Source of the DNA: Asterionella formosa | Taxonomy: Eukaryota | Length of the DNA stretch: 32,763 nucleotides | Assembly (NCBI GenBank): GCA_002256025.1 | Contig: NKIB01000422.1 | Location: forward strand, 1 to 32,763 | Direction: 5' to 3' | Shown: piece by piece, positions 32,661-32,763 of the stretch | How the letters are laid out: every line of letters begins with the position of its first letter | How positions within the stretch are numbered: position 1 is the first letter of the stretch | Notes under the pieces: generated by a model | Databases searched by the model: none | What the model was told of the DNA's origin: nothing | The model's input: only the letters and a program-made list of their open reading frames with translations | Position numbers and translations under genes: made by a program

Positions 32661-32763
32661 CAGCCGCCACAAAAAAAACGCTAGTCAAATATGATCACCC
32701 AAATTAATTATTTGGGTGGCCCAATATGACGAATTTAGCTACGTACATAATTTAAGGGTATGA

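Overview
This is eukaryotic nuclear DNA, very probably from a diatom. The evidence is short 67-96 nt GT-AG introns, signal peptides ending in ASA-F-like plastid-import motifs, and diatom-type LRR and retrotransposon sequences. Ten protein genes are supported, with splice junctions worked out by hand: plastid Iojap/RsfS, RPS5, a secreted mucin-like LRR protein, AP-2 mu, a 3-exon bacterial-type cytochrome b561 (CybB/superoxide-oxidase-like), CWC21/SRRM2-like, a type II membrane sulfotransferase-like protein, UTP20 (about 2994 aa, two exons), a plastid START-like protein and a 216-aa orphan with a possible ADP-ribosyltransferase R-S-E pattern. Intergenic DNA holds the decayed 3' end and LTR of a Ty3/Gypsy element and a CpG-rich 406-bp solo LTR with a 6-bp CCGGTA target duplication. 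It also holds CpG-depleted TE relics, a family of 60-90 bp TIR elements, a 74-bp inverted duplication upstream of UTP20, and a pervasive TACC(A/T)GGTA / TACCGGTA palindromic motif upstream of nearly every gene and next to several TE ends. No rRNA, tRNA or CRISPR features were seen. All homology calls rest on motif recognition by eye; no searches were run.
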